The translations under genes and the position numbers were made by a program. From assembly GCA_949358305.1 (NCBI GenBank), contig OX442314.1, positions 24,428,001-24,492,000 on the forward strand: a stretch of DNA of 64,000 bases. The letters run 5' to 3'. The notes beneath the pieces were generated by a model. The model did not search any database. It was not told the DNA's origin and worked only from the letters and a program-made list of their open reading frames with translations. This document shows, piece by piece, positions 39,857-52,984 of the stretch. Position 1 is the first letter of the stretch, and every line of letters starts with the position of its first letter. The DNA is from Strigamia acuminata. Taxonomy: Eukaryota.

Positions 39857-42800
39857 ATGGACGATTTGGCAAGAAGTCGTGCACAAAGGGAAACACAGAG
39901 GAAAAGCGTGCGTGCGCTTTTTGCGAAATTGACGAAAGAAATGGCCGAGGATCCCCTCAACGAGGTACGATTATTATGCATACAAGCCCAACTAATCACA
40001 AAACGTTTGAAAATCGATAAACTGGACACAATAATCGCCGACGGGATCACCGACGTGAACGAGGTGGACCAAGACGAATTCGAAGCGGAAGAACTACAAG
40101 ACGAGATGACCGCCGCCCGAATCACACTCGAAGTCGCCTTGAAAGAACTCGCGCAAATGAAACAAACACCACCACAGCAAATACCACCGCAAGTACCACT
40201 CGCAAATATACCACTAGCTAACCCTCTTTTCGTTCCACCTGTGCAAAACCCGAACCCAATCCAACCACAATGTGCAGTGATGAAACTGCCGAAGTTAGAA
40301 GTCGCCAAGTTTAAAGGCACGCCGGAAACCTGGACGGGATTCTGGTCCAATTTCGAATTGAGCGTGCACAATAATACGGCGTTGCCCAAAACCGCCAAGT
40401 TTGTATATTTGCGCTCACTCGTCGAAGGACTTGCGGCGAATGCGATCAGCGGACTGACCGTAACGGAACTTAACTACGACACCGCCATTACCCTGCTCAC
40501 CAATCAATTTGGTCGCAAGGAACAAATTGTCGGTGCGCACATGGCCAAGCTGCTCGAAATGCCATCCGTGAAACGAGTAGAAGATGTGGCGGCCCTACGG
40601 AGACTCTATGATTTCTGCGACCTGCATATTAAAAGCCTCGAAAACCTCGGAGTACCGGCGGAAACCTTTGGCCCATTGTTATGCCCAATACTCGCGCGTG
40701 CTGTGCCAACTAGCATACAACATGATTTTGCACGTCCACGAGGAGATGCACCTTGGGTTGTTAAAGAATTTTTGGACTTTTTTAGATTCGAAGTAGCGAT
40801 GCGCGAACGTACGGAAGCCGCCGATAAAACCAGTAAACCACAGCAAGAATCGACGGAAGTCCCGAATACCAAAAAGGAAGAGGTGAAGAAAACCAATTAC
40901 AAATCTAATAATCACAGTTCCGCTTCAGCCCTTTCCAACATCGTTTACAAATGCACATTTTGCGAAAAGGAAGACCACAAGAGTCCGGACTGTCCATTGA
41001 CGGTCGAGAAGCGGAAAGAAGCGTGTTTCAAAGCACGTCGCTGCTACAGATGTCTAAAAGAAAATCACCAAGCTCGTCAATGTAATACCCGATTTAAATG
41101 TAGGAAATGCGAGCAGAAACATCACACGTACTTGTGCGATAAGGAAGACAACAAGAAGACGAAAACAACTTTGACTTCGGCCGTTCAAGAATCAACAAAT
41201 ACGGAAACCATGATGTTCCTGCAGGTCGTCGTGCTGAAAGCCAACGGAAACAACGAGAAGAGAAGAGTCCAATGCTTCTTGGATGGGGGATCCCAAAGAA
41301 GCTTTATAACTGAAAAACTGTCGAGAGAACTGCAACTAGAGAAGATTGGTGAGCAGTCAATCGCCCTCTTGACTTTCGGATCTACTGAACCAACAATTGC
41401 CAAACGGAAACAGGTGAAGTTAAGTTTGAATAACTGTGAAAATAGAAATTGCAATTTAGAAATTAAAGCGCTTGAGTCGCCCTGGATAACTCCGACATTA
41501 CGAGGAAAACCTGACGAACGAGTATTGGAAAAACTGAAGAAATACAACATCAAACTGGCTTACGACAACAGCGTTCACAGGGACGACGGCGTTTCCATCT
41601 TAATTGGCGTCGACAACTTTTGGAGAGTTACAACGGGAAAACAGCAACGTATCGACGAAAATCTCATGGCAATCGAAACCATATTTGGATGGACGTTGCA
41701 CGGCTCAACCGGAGAGACTGAAACAACCGTGTCGTCTTTAGTACGGGTAAACAAGATTTTAGTTGCCGATAATACAGATGAACTTTTAGAAAAATTCTGG
41801 AACTTGGAATCGATTGGGATTCGCCACGAAACTATGGAACCGGGAATCGATGAAGTAGACACGTTGAAACGATTCAAAGAGCAGATCGAGTGGGTAGATG
41901 ACCATTACGAAGTGGGATTCCCGTGGAAGATTGACCGCAAGGAATTGAACAACAATCGAGATGTTGCAAAAAAGCGTTTGTGGAGTTTAATTAACCGTTT
42001 TCGAAAAAATCCCAAGTTATATTTAGACTATAAAAAAGTGATCGACGAACAACTCGCCTCCGGAATCTTGGAAAAAGTTCCGAAGAACTCGAAACCAGAC
42101 AACCCGTATTATATTCCTCATCGACCAGTAATTGACGAAACTCGAGCCACAACAAAACTAAGAATTGTGTATGACGCGTCGTCGCACGCAAAAGGATGTT
42201 TATCACTAAACGACTGTCTGAGTAAGGGTCCGAATATGTTACCTCATCTAATAAACATTGTTTTGAAGTTTTGAACCGGCAAATACGGCGCAATCGGCGA
42301 CATCGAGAAAGCCTTCCATCGAATACATCTCAAGACGGACGAACGAGACGTCACACGACTTTATTGGATTGAGGACGGATGGAACGGTGAAGAGTCGGTA
42401 AAACTAATTGAATTACGCCAAACTCGAGTTCCATTTGGGACAGGACCCAGTCCATTTTTACTAAATGCAACAGTAAAAGAACACGTCGACAAGTTTGAAG
42501 ACCAATACCCGGACACTTGCGACAAGCTGAAAGAAGACTTGTATGTGGACGATTTTGTAACAAGTATTGACAATTCGAACAAGTTAATTCAAATTTATGA
42601 TGAGAGTCGTGAGATTTTGCAAGCCGCGAACATGAAATTAACCAAATGGAAGTCGAATGATGTGAAATTACAAGAAAAAATTATACGAGATGACCCAGAT
42701 TGTGACGTGACAGTTTTTCAAAAGAAAACTAAGGTTTTGGGGATAGTTTGGGATATTGAGTTAGATAAATTGGGATTAGACATTAGTGCATTGATTAACG

Positions 42801-45139
42801 AGATTAACTTGACCAAATACACCAAGAGATTTATTGTAAGAATTACCGCCATGATTTTTGACCCGTTGGGAATGGCAAACCCTTTTGTGATAACTGCCAA
42901 AATTGTTTTTCAGGAACTTTGGAAATTAAATGTTGGGTGGGATGACGTCATTCCAGAATATGTGAAGATAAAATGGGAAAATTGGTATGTTCAGATACCC
43001 TACCTCGAAAATTTAAATTTAGAGCGCAAATTGTTAAATTGGGGAGGAAATTGTAGGAAAAGGATTCACATCTTCTGTGATGCCAGTCCGAGAGCGTATG
43101 GCGTAGTAGCCTACACTCGAGTTCTGGACGAAACAAATGCTGTTAATATTGATTTTATCATTTCCAAGTGTAGAGTGGCGCCTGTAAAGGAACTAACATT
43201 ACCAAAGCTGGAACTGATGGGCGCGCTACTGGCAACAAGACTGATTCCAACATTGAAAGCGACTCTTGGGTGTGAGGATTTCACAATTTGGACCGATTCC
43301 AAGATAGTTTTGCACTGGATCCGCGACACCAAGAACCGACCAGCGACATTCGTGTACAATCGTGTACGAGAAATTGTCGAGAATACATCGAGAGACGATT
43401 GGCGCCACTGCCCAGGGAAAGATAATCCGGCCGACCTGGTAACGAGGGGAGTAAACGTGAAGCAGCTCACCGAGGAACCATTCTGGCTGAAAGGACCGAC
43501 ATGGCTGTCAGGCGACGAATCCGGATGGCCAAATGAAGACGATAAAGCAGTTCCAATCGACGAAGATGAAGAAAAAGACGTGATCGTAACGCTGACAGCA
43601 ATAACAACACCAGACATTGATTTTAACCGTTTCAGCTCGTGGAAAAAACTAAAAAGAGTTACTGCTTGGGTTTTTAGATATATTACGAATCTGAAGACGA
43701 AAAACAGGGATGGAGAACCGCTGAGAAACAAGGAACTCGAGCAGAGCGAACTATATTGGCTGAAATACTTACAACAAGTGGGATTCCAGAGAGAAATTAG
43801 ATGTTTGACTAACCAAAAACCAATTGAAAAATCATCATCAATTTTGAAGTTGGCGCCAATATTAGACGACAATGGGTTGTTGAGAGCCACACACCGATGG
43901 GGATCTGTCGAACTTGACCGCAATACACGCGAACCCTTTTTATTACCAAACGAACATTTTATAACTAAATTGATTGTTTTAGGCGAACACGAACGAGCTT
44001 TACACAGTGGACTGGCCGACACATTGAGTGGACTTCGAGAGAGATTCTGGATCGCCCGTGCGAGAAAAACAATCAAGGGAATCATCCACAAGTGTGTTTG
44101 CTGTCGGAAAATACAAGGACGTTTAGCCAAAGAAAAGTGGGGTTTGCTACCCATTGATCGTGTTACGCCGAGTGAGCCGTTCGAAATATGTGGAGTCGAT
44201 TTTGCGGGTCCTCTCTACACCAAATTGGGTAACAAAGTGTATATTGCCCTGTTTACATGTGCTGTGACGCGTGCAGTTCACCTGGAATTACTCTCCAACT
44301 TGAGTACCGATAAGTTTATTGACTGTGTGAAGCGTTTTATTTGTCGGCGAGGAATTCCCAAAACTATATACTCCGATAACGCCAAAACGTTTAAAAGGAC
44401 TGACAAGGAAATTAATTTGTTTTTGAAATATTTACCAGAAGAACAGTTTCAAGGATTTATTACGGAGAAACAAATTACATGGAAATATATTGTTGAGACT
44501 GCACCTTGGTGGGGTGGTTTTTGGGAGCGCATGGTGCGTTCCGTAAAATTGGCGCTAAAGAAAACGATTGGGAAGAACACACTTGATTATGAGGGACTTG
44601 TGACCATACTCGCAGAAGCTGAAGCTGTTGTGAACTCCAGACCATTAACCTATGTTTATGATACTCCTCATGAAGAATTACCCCTTTCCCCCTCTCATTT
44701 TATCTTAGGAAAACGCATTTCATTTCTGCCGACCGCACCGAAATATTCCACCAATCCGGGATCAAAAGATGACATCTTAAGAGCGTGGAAATACCGACAA
44801 ACGCTTATCCAACGATTTTGGGACCGTTGGACGAAGGAATACTTAATCGAATTACGCCAACACCGAGGCGTCACCAGTCGTACGAAATTTAACGTGGGAG
44901 ACATCGTGATCATCGAGGACCAAAACCTGCCGCGACTTACGTGGAAACTCGGACGCATCACCTCCGTGAAGGAGGGTCGTGACGGCTTGATCCGCTCCTG
45001 CGAAATCCAGATGTCCAACGGGACACGTCTACGAAGACCCATTCAGAGACTATGCAACCTCGAAGTGGAAACCGAAGTCTCAGTCTGCCGGGACGGGGGG
45101 ACTGTGGAAACTGGCGGTTTCCAAAGTGAACCAGTTTAA
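39857..45139 (+). pseudogene. gag-pol: BEL/Pao Gag-Pol polyprotein (about 1760 codons) with a single in-frame TGA at 42272-42274
   Basis: ATG at 39857. Gag core PKLEVAKFKG...FWSNFE. Three Cys-His knuckles (CTFC..H..C, CYRC..H..C, CRKC..H..C). Protease FLDGGSQRSF. RT F*TGKYGAIGDIEKAF...RVPFG...YVDD. RNase H HIFCDAS. Integrase EHERALHSG..CVCC, GVDFAGP, YSDNAKTF, WWGGFWERMV. ORFs 39692..42274 and 42539..45139 share a frame, and the gap between them is open. Confidence 0.93.
45090..45102 (+). other. Polypurine tract
   Basis: GGGACGGGGGGAC directly precedes the 3' LTR. Confidence 0.85.
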
Positions 45140-45401
45140 TTATGTCTTTTAACACCGTGGCGCAAGTGAAAAAAGCTCACTTGTGACCCGGATCTGTATT
45201 CTTGGAATTTAAGGATTAGCTTAATCCTTTTGTGTTATATACCTAAAAATTTGAATAAAATTACACTGTCTTTTCAAATGTAACCTTGTCTACATCGTTC
45301 TTTGAGTTTGCAACAACCTTCGATCCGAATCCGACTCCATCCGTAGTTTTAATAAGTTTAAAGAGTGTTTCACTTATACAAGTTGCTCGTGCAACGTTAC
45401 A
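45103..45401 (+). repeat. 3' LTR
   Basis: Direct repeat of 39509-39807. The pol ORF runs 37 nt into it. Confidence 0.97.
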
Positions 45402-48400
45402 CTTGTAGGCTCATTGCTGTTGAAGGGCATCCCCCCAATCTTTGTATTGAGTAATAAATTATTATTATTATTATTATTATACTTCTATTTAATTTGATTT
45501 TATCATCAAAATACATTGCACAGAGTCTGCCATCTTAATTTATCATACTTATATATCAAAAGCAAAATAAACACCTTAGAATAATCTCAAGAACAAGGTA
45601 GTAGACCACAGGGTCTTGGGTTTTATGAATCTAATGCAGCACGTGACCACACAAAGCAAATGGGGATCAAGGTCAAGTTTGTGTGCCATCATACTTCGTA
45701 ACAAAGCTAGAATAAACAAGCAAAGGCATGCCTTTTGCTATTTAAAAGTTCACATTGTGAAGCGAGATAACAATATCAGAGAGTTCCTCGGCATTTCATA
45801 TCATAACTTACCCTAAACCCATCCCACTGCACCGTGCATTCAATCTGCGCCTCTAAAAGTAAATTCTTCGTCTTCATGTGACTTGCGTCTTTTGGCTGAT
45901 GGTTATGACGTTTTTTATGTCATCACTTTCAAAAGTACTCAGCTAAAAGATTCTCACACGAAGCAGGCACGTGTTGGATCACTTTCCTTACACAGATTTG
46001 TTCTGTGGCAAAGTTCCAGTCTGCGCATGCGCTTCCTAAGTCATTTCAAAGATGCATTTCTAAGGAAAGATACTTTTCTATCTTTTCTCTCTCTGTATGC
46101 ATAGGAGCTTTTTCCTCAGCTTTTCTTGATTGAATGCACCTCGTATCTTTGCCCAATTGCATCTCCACGAGTTCTGTTTTTTGTTTATTTAGCTGATGAT
46201 GCACAATGGCTAGTACAAAATAAAAAGTCCAACATTATTCATAGGTGGGCAGATCAGATAATAAAAATAAAAATAAGCAAATCAAAACGAATTTATCCTG
46301 GATTTAATAAATCCGAAGGAAAACTGGAGTGTTCTTTACTCCAACGCACGTCACTTGTTATTTGTTAATTTGTGACACGGCCTTTCTGCAGCGCCACCTA
46401 TATGTTACTTTGAATAAACTAGTCAGTTATGTAAATCTCAACTACACCAACGGTTACGTTATTTGCGTGATCCATTACAGTTTCAAAAACTTGGTCAAGA
46501 CAGACTAACAACAATAATGACTTGATGCTAAACAATGTGCAAAAGTTGGTGTTGCATTCTCTAAGAACAATAGCCGCGAAGTACGACAATTTAAAAAAAT
46601 TTGATTAGAGAAAACGTTTGATTGTCATTGCGTCAACGGAACCTTCATATTATTTAATAAACCTAACTTTATTAAATTTTCAATTCAATCTTTATTACTT
46701 TTTCTGAGAAGCTTGAAGGACTAAGACTAGCAGCTATTGATTTAAATTGACAGCATTTGAAATCACTCAGGAATAATTGAAACAATCTACCTTTGCTTGC
46801 ATTTTTTCATCAGAAAAACAAACAGTTTCTCCAGTTGCATGCAGAATTTAAGCAGAAAACATAAGAAAAAATAAATAAAGTAGAAATATTTATTTCCCTC
46901 ATTTATTCATTCTCAGTTTTTTAGTTTGTGATACATCAAAAAGTTCTAAAGCTTTTCTGAAAATGTTTACCATGGGATAAGCTGAGATTAGCATATACTC
47001 ATGCCAATCTCACTAGAAAGATTACTTAATCCCTCATAGCACAAGTACATCTCGAAACCCCAAAATACCGTGTTCACACGGTATCTAGAATGGCTAGATC
47101 CAGGTTGTAAGTCTATACTATAAACACTATACTGCCATTTAAATAAAAAAAAATTCAAGATGTGTTCTTACAATGGATAGATATAGAATTACGCCTGCAC
47201 AGTGTGTTGCCAATCCAATGGGCGAATCAAGTTGATCTAGATCCGAAAATCGAAATCAGTATTCACAACAAGCTTGGATCTTCATCCACGACCTCAGAGG
47301 AGATCCAAAGCTAGATTTCCCAACATTCACTCCAACATTTTTTTAGATATCCTGTCGACTGCAAATGATCCCAGGTGAGGCTAGGAATGACTCAGCGTGC
47401 TGATCATTTGTTTCGTCAGAACAAGATGTTAAGCAGCATTGAGCCTGGTCAGTGTTTTCATGGCATCCGCCTTCAAATGGAATGCCCAATTCCAAGTTTC
47501 GCTTTCGCATATCGTTTTGGAGTGGTTAAAGCAGATTTTGAGTTCATTTTTCCGTCAGAAGTTGATAAAAAGTTGAATTAGAATAACTACACACGTTTTG
47601 CTGACAAAATTTTCATCAGGAAGTGATTTTATTCGAATTTTGAGGCCCCAACCTTAGGAAATCGACATGAAATGCAAGATGGGGTCCTGAAGAACAGTCT
47701 CTCCTTGAATGTCATTCTGCCTTTCATGCTTAAACCTGCACAATTCTTTGTGGTGCAAATACACAACAAGTTTGCATAAATACGAAAAATAAATAAACAT
47801 CGCACAGATGTCTTCTTCATGTTTCAATAATGAACCAAATCAGTATTCTGTGGTCTGATTTTTGCAGAAAACGGTCTCTTTGTAAGCAAATTTGATCAGA
47901 TTTAGGAAAGGAAAAGCAAACCAGAGAAATTAAATGTCAATATGGAAGGCACAGGTCAGCTACAATTTCAATCTAGCTATTTGTTTTTAGTGAAGTGGTT
48001 AAAGCTCAAGCTAAAATGGCGTCTTGCAGTCTTGGGCCAAAAATCCAGGATTTTCAACACAATTTTTTAGTCCATTTTGTACTGAATCCAAGTTGTAATC
48101 TGATGCTGCAGCTGAATGAGGATGAGGAATCGATAGACCAATGAAAAATAAAATCAAAGCTTTTAGACACTATTAGCTTTTCTCTTCATTCTTTGCCCTA
48201 TGTCTCTATTAAGCCAAGGGTATAAAAGAGATAAAAGATAAAAGATCGAAGCAAATTTTAAACCAGATGATTTATTACATGCGCCTGGAGTCTGCGCGTC
48301 TTAATGGAACACCCAAATTCATTTTGTTCGGTCAAAAGAAAGCGTTTCCATTCGTACATGCAACATACTAAAGCAAATCTATAAGCTAATTGCATCGGTT

Positions 48401-51400
48401 TTTTTCCTATTTTGGATGACTTCCAAAACGTTGATGAGAAATGTTTTGAGAGAAGTTGAAAAAGAGGTCGTCACGAGAAGCTGTTCAACCGGTTCAACCA
48501 CGTCTAATGATTAAAATGCCAAACTGATAGCAAATTATTATTTTCCCAACCCCCAAATTGCCAGCTTTTCACTATTTTCTAATTTCCTGTTTCTCAATCC
48601 CTTCATGCATTTTTTCCTACTTAAAAAACTTCCACAGATACTAAATGTCAAGCGACAGGTGAGAAGATAAACACGACTAATTGATTCTATTCAATTTAAA
48701 ATAGAAAAAAAAAGATAGAGAGAGAAAAAAAAGGGATATTGGCGAGAAATGAGAAGATGGAACGTGGTTATTTGGAACATTTCGAGATTTGTTGCTCCGA
48801 TAGCAGCAAACATCCAATTCCGACAGTAGAAGTACGGTAGAGAAGGAAATTCATAAAAGTCGGTGGTGATGCAGTCGGGAGATTGTGGGAGGGGGACACT
48901 ACACCTTACAAAAGATGATCCAATCTTCACTACTTTTTATGTCGTTCGTTCGGACTCTTTAAAAAAGAAAATCGAGAACTTAATAATAAAAAAAAGGAGA
49001 TGAATACGACAAAGATGGTAATCTAATGCCCATTTCTTTCTCCATAAAAGCCACAAAATTCTTATTAAAAAGTTTTCTTACGCCATCCATTCATTTTTAT
49101 CATTGCCATTTCTTCACGTCAATTGACACGATTGGTAAATAGAAATAATTGAGGATCATGTTCATTCGCTTTTAAATTAAAAAGTTTAAAGACTTAGACT
49201 GAAGTAATTTGAGTAAATGCGATTGGAAAAACGCTTAAACTGCTCGAGACGAGGCAACATAAATTGCAAAGGAAATAAAAAGTAAAAAAGAAAAAGAAAA
49301 GACATTATGAGTTATAAAAAAAGTCACAACTTGGGACTATAAAAACAAGTTAAATTGAAGTTTCTTATCAAAACAACAATAGGAAGAGTGGAAAAAGGAA
49401 AGAAAGAAATAAAGAGATTAACTTAAATTAATAATCTTAATTCATGCAATTAGCTTTTAATGATGTTAAAGTAACACTCATGCTTTATTTAGAAAATAGT
49501 TAACAACCTGTTTACTATTTTATTTTATTTTATTTATAACAAACTAGTTTGGTCAAATTAATTTTTCATTTACTAGATCAAAGTAAAACCACACTCTGAT
49601 GAAACTTAAAAATAAATATTTAATCATTCATTTTCCTGTTTTCGTGTAAGCGAAAAACCTTCTAGTTGTATAATATAAATATAAAAGGGCCGTAAATTCG
49701 TAATTATACGTCATTTTTCCCACCTTTAATGCATACCCTAATTCCATAATTTTTTAATTTTAATATCTCATAACCAACAACAATAAACAAGATTAAAAAT
49801 AAAACAATGTTTAACTTTTCCTATTAAAATATACGCATTTATAACTCGAATCACAACCAAAAACTAAACCTAAAAAAAAAAATAATTAATAATTCCTTTT
49901 TGCATCGTAAATTCCAACTCAATAAATAAATTAAAAACTCCAAGCATTGCCAAACAAATCACACCCAACGCTAAAAACTTATTTAGTTACAGTAATCTCC
50001 ACAGTAACGTGTCATTGCCCCCACTTTTTTGACATTTTGGCACCACTTTCAGACCGACTCATGCAGTTAACATAAACTTTATATTTTTATTATTATTTGC
50101 CTTTTTTTAAAATTCAAAACGCCTTTTTCTTACACGCCGAAGCACCAACAAGATATGACAATGCGTTAATAGATTTTTCTCGTGGCTTTTATGAGGAGTG
50201 CGAAGGGGATAACATTTGTCAGATTTCCAGCCGATGTACTCGGTAATGTTGCAGCTCCGATCGGGCAACTGACTCCAACCGTAAATAACGTTAGCTACAA
50301 CAACAAAAGAATTTCGCCTGCCCACTCATCCTTTCTCCATTCTCTTACATCGCCTTTCTTTTTTTTCCGTGTCCGTTTTTCGACACTAACTTCATCCATT
50401 ATTGCAATCCATCGTTCGTAAAGCCGAGATTCGAAGCGGCAAAAAAAAAGAAAAAAATAACGTGGAAAAGATAAAAGGGATAAAACGAGATAGAATTTTA
50501 ATTTTGCACTACTTTTATTGAAATTCTAGCGGTTTCGGAGCAAGTGGCGCCTCATATTAAGCTTATGAGCTTTGAGCAATCGAGAAACACATTTCCCTAG
50601 TCTCTATTTCCTCTCTTTTCATAATGTTTTAGCTTTTTTTCCCCCCTTTTTAGTATTCGGTCATAAAATCATTTTGATGGTCTCCTATCTATGCGTCTGC
50701 GCACGAGGATCTTCGCGATTCGCGTCCCTCCTTCGTCTTAGTCAGCACCGGACTGAGTTAAAGTCCTGCATCTAAAACGTCTCCCTCACTATCTAGAAGA
50801 AAGTATAGAAAAAAAAGAAAAAAAACTTATTTGCACGGTGGACCACGCGTCCTAATTCGAGAGGTTCCAGTTCTCTCTTCATCGACCGGTTCAAATTTCA
50901 GAGTGAATGCTTGGTCAAGCGTGCCTGGTGACCTCCAGGGTTTGCATTGTCAGAAATAATGCCAGTGAATGTCAGATGATGTCGATACGTCAATTATTTC
51001 CTAACACAATTCTCAATAGTATTGCCACAAGTGCTGTGTTAATATACTCTTGTAACCAGAAATCAGGAACACAAGATGTGAATTAAAAAGAGTAAACGAG
51101 CTCAGCATTTACTCCATTTTGGTACAGAACAATGGTAACAGCTGTTGTGACAGTACAAGCTTTCAATAATGCTATTTTAAATCTCAGATGGGCTGATTAG
51201 TTTTATTGGAATATCTATTCCAGTAAAATAATCAGACCAGAAGTTGTATTCGATATGATTTTTTGTGTTTCTCTTAATTCCGAAACTACGGTACTAGTTT
51301 TATCTTAATTTATTGGACAAGCGTTAAGTTAACAAGATAATTGACTGTCTTGAATGTAACTGAAGCTAGAAGGAAGCATAAGTATTGTAACATGAGATTC

Positions 51401-51442
51401 TCGTGTCTGGTACAAGATAAAACCCATGGCACAACCTCAAGA

Positions 51443-51598
51443 CAGTGGCCTAAGTGCAAAAAGGGCCCCCTGTTTAGAAATGGGCCGTTTTTTACATCGA
51501 TATATTTTTCTGTATATATATTCCGCCCCTCTTTGGGCCCCTGAAGTCACGGGCTATTAGGCACCGCCCATCCACGCTCCACAGAAGTTACGCCACTG
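51443..51598. mobile_element. hAT-type MITE (156 bp)
   Basis: TIR CAGTGGCCTAAG / GTTACGCCACTG (2 mismatches). 8-bp TSD CCTCAAGA / CCTTAAGA (1 mismatch). Internal GGGCCC motifs. Confidence 0.75.
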
Positions 51599-52905
51599 CC
51601 TTAAGACGGCCCTCCAGAGGTCGTGCTATTCTTGTCGAGCCACGAGGTTCAAAACGAGATTTTACACGAAAATCTCTTGCAGCAAGGTAGATTTAAATTT
51701 GCTTTAAAAATTAAAAATTGTTTTGTTGATAAGTAAAAAGAAAAAAGAAAAAAGAAAATTGTCACGCGAGAGAAGATGTACGAGTTTTCGCGTGTTAGTT
51801 GTAGTTTAATCCTAAGCAGTGATGAAAACACGATCGAATCGCTAACAAAGCAGTCGGTAGCGATTTGGAGAGGGTTAAAAAGCGTCTTTAGGGAAGTAGC
51901 TGGTAAATTTACAGGCATCACGCTCCCTACTGCGTCTTTGTGCGTGCAACCAGAGGCAACGTGCCATTCGTCTTCATTTAGAAAGCAGCTTTGTTCATCT
52001 GAGTCTCGACAACACGGGAATAAAAGGTCCAAAGAGATCCACATCCGAAAACCGACCCTACTCGTGTTTCACAGCGACTGCTTCGATCAAAACCACTAAT
52101 AAATTCCCTCTTCAGCTACTCTCTTTACAGCCTTTTCTCGTCTCTTCTTCCTCTTCGATTTTCGTGTGTCGGGCTCGAAACTGCACATTAATTTATACTT
52201 GGCTCGCGTTTTATGGATACTCTTTTCTCATTCAAATCAAGTACCTTGTGGTTTTTTCACAACGCCAAAAAAATATAATTATTTTTGCATTTTAAATAAA
52301 CTGAGGCCATTAATTTCAACGTAATCCTTAATTAATGACTCGTGCGAAATTACTCTTCTGTCCGAAAATGGGTTTAGCAGAATATTTCATTAACGAAACC
52401 GCAAGATGTCTCCTTGATTGGCCAACTTCTCGAATTAACACGCAAATACCCACAATTTGCACTGTGACGCTCTCACTTTGATTCGACACAACATCGATTT
52501 TACATTTTTCGAAGTCTATTTCATTGCCATCGTAAAGACGAAACACGCTTTAAGGTTTATTTGCGGAACGAGAAGAGCGAGGGAAGCAAAACATTGCTCC
52601 AAGCCCGATCCACCACAAGAGAAAGAGTGTGAGACTACATAACACAAGGCACACAAGTGGATACACTCGAAACCCACCGAGAGCTTTAAATGTTAAGACT
52701 TAGTCCACTAAATTTTAAACTTTTCGCACTAAATTTTATACCAGACATGGGAATCGCCAAGAAAATCTCATAAAACAATCATCTGCAAACAGTTTCGACA
52801 TTTAACGTTCCTACCACATCTCAATACTTTAGAAACGGCTTTATAACGTCACAAAACACAAAACTGCGCAGTATTTTATTCTACACTTTTCAAAGTAGAT
52901 GAGAT

Positions 52906-52984
52906 CTAAAACTCCCGTGTTAGGCGTTTCGTTTTACAAACTTTTGTAAAACGAAACGACTAAACGCTTGACACAAGAGTTTAG
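52906..52984. repeat. Palindrome with perfect 16-bp core arms
   Basis: CGTTTCGTTTTACAAA-CT-TTTGTAAAACGAAACG (52925-52958), extended imperfectly by AAACTCCCGTGTTAGGCG / CGCTTGACACAAGAGTTT. Confidence 0.8.

Larger units (their letters stand above)
39509..45401 (+). mobile_element. Full-length BEL/Pao LTR retrotransposon (5893 bp)
   Basis: Two 299-bp TGT...ACA LTRs, 5-bp TSD CTTGT (39504-08 and 45402-06), PBS and PPT. Gag-PR-RT-RH-IN domain order with BEL/Pao motifs. No env. Confidence 0.97.
39162..45480 (+). mobile_element. Degraded CR1/L2-type LINE remnant (about 39162-39508 plus 45407-45480), split by the BEL insertion
   Basis: HIFVAGDFSLP (39294-39326) resembles the AP-endonuclease GDFNLP motif. 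The rejoined 3' end GGGGTGTCCCTC-CTTGT-AGGCTCATTGCTGTTGAAGGGCATCCCC can form a stem-loop. It is followed by AATAAA (45453) and a (TTA)n tail to 45480. Confidence 0.55.

Noticed and set aside
42272..42539. Separate gag and pol genes, or a frameshift site
   Set aside because: Both ORFs are in the same frame, the gap is open, and the stop falls within conserved RT sequence.
43111..44154. 347-aa minus-strand ORF, and 39667..40398
   Set aside because: Antisense shadows of gag-pol.
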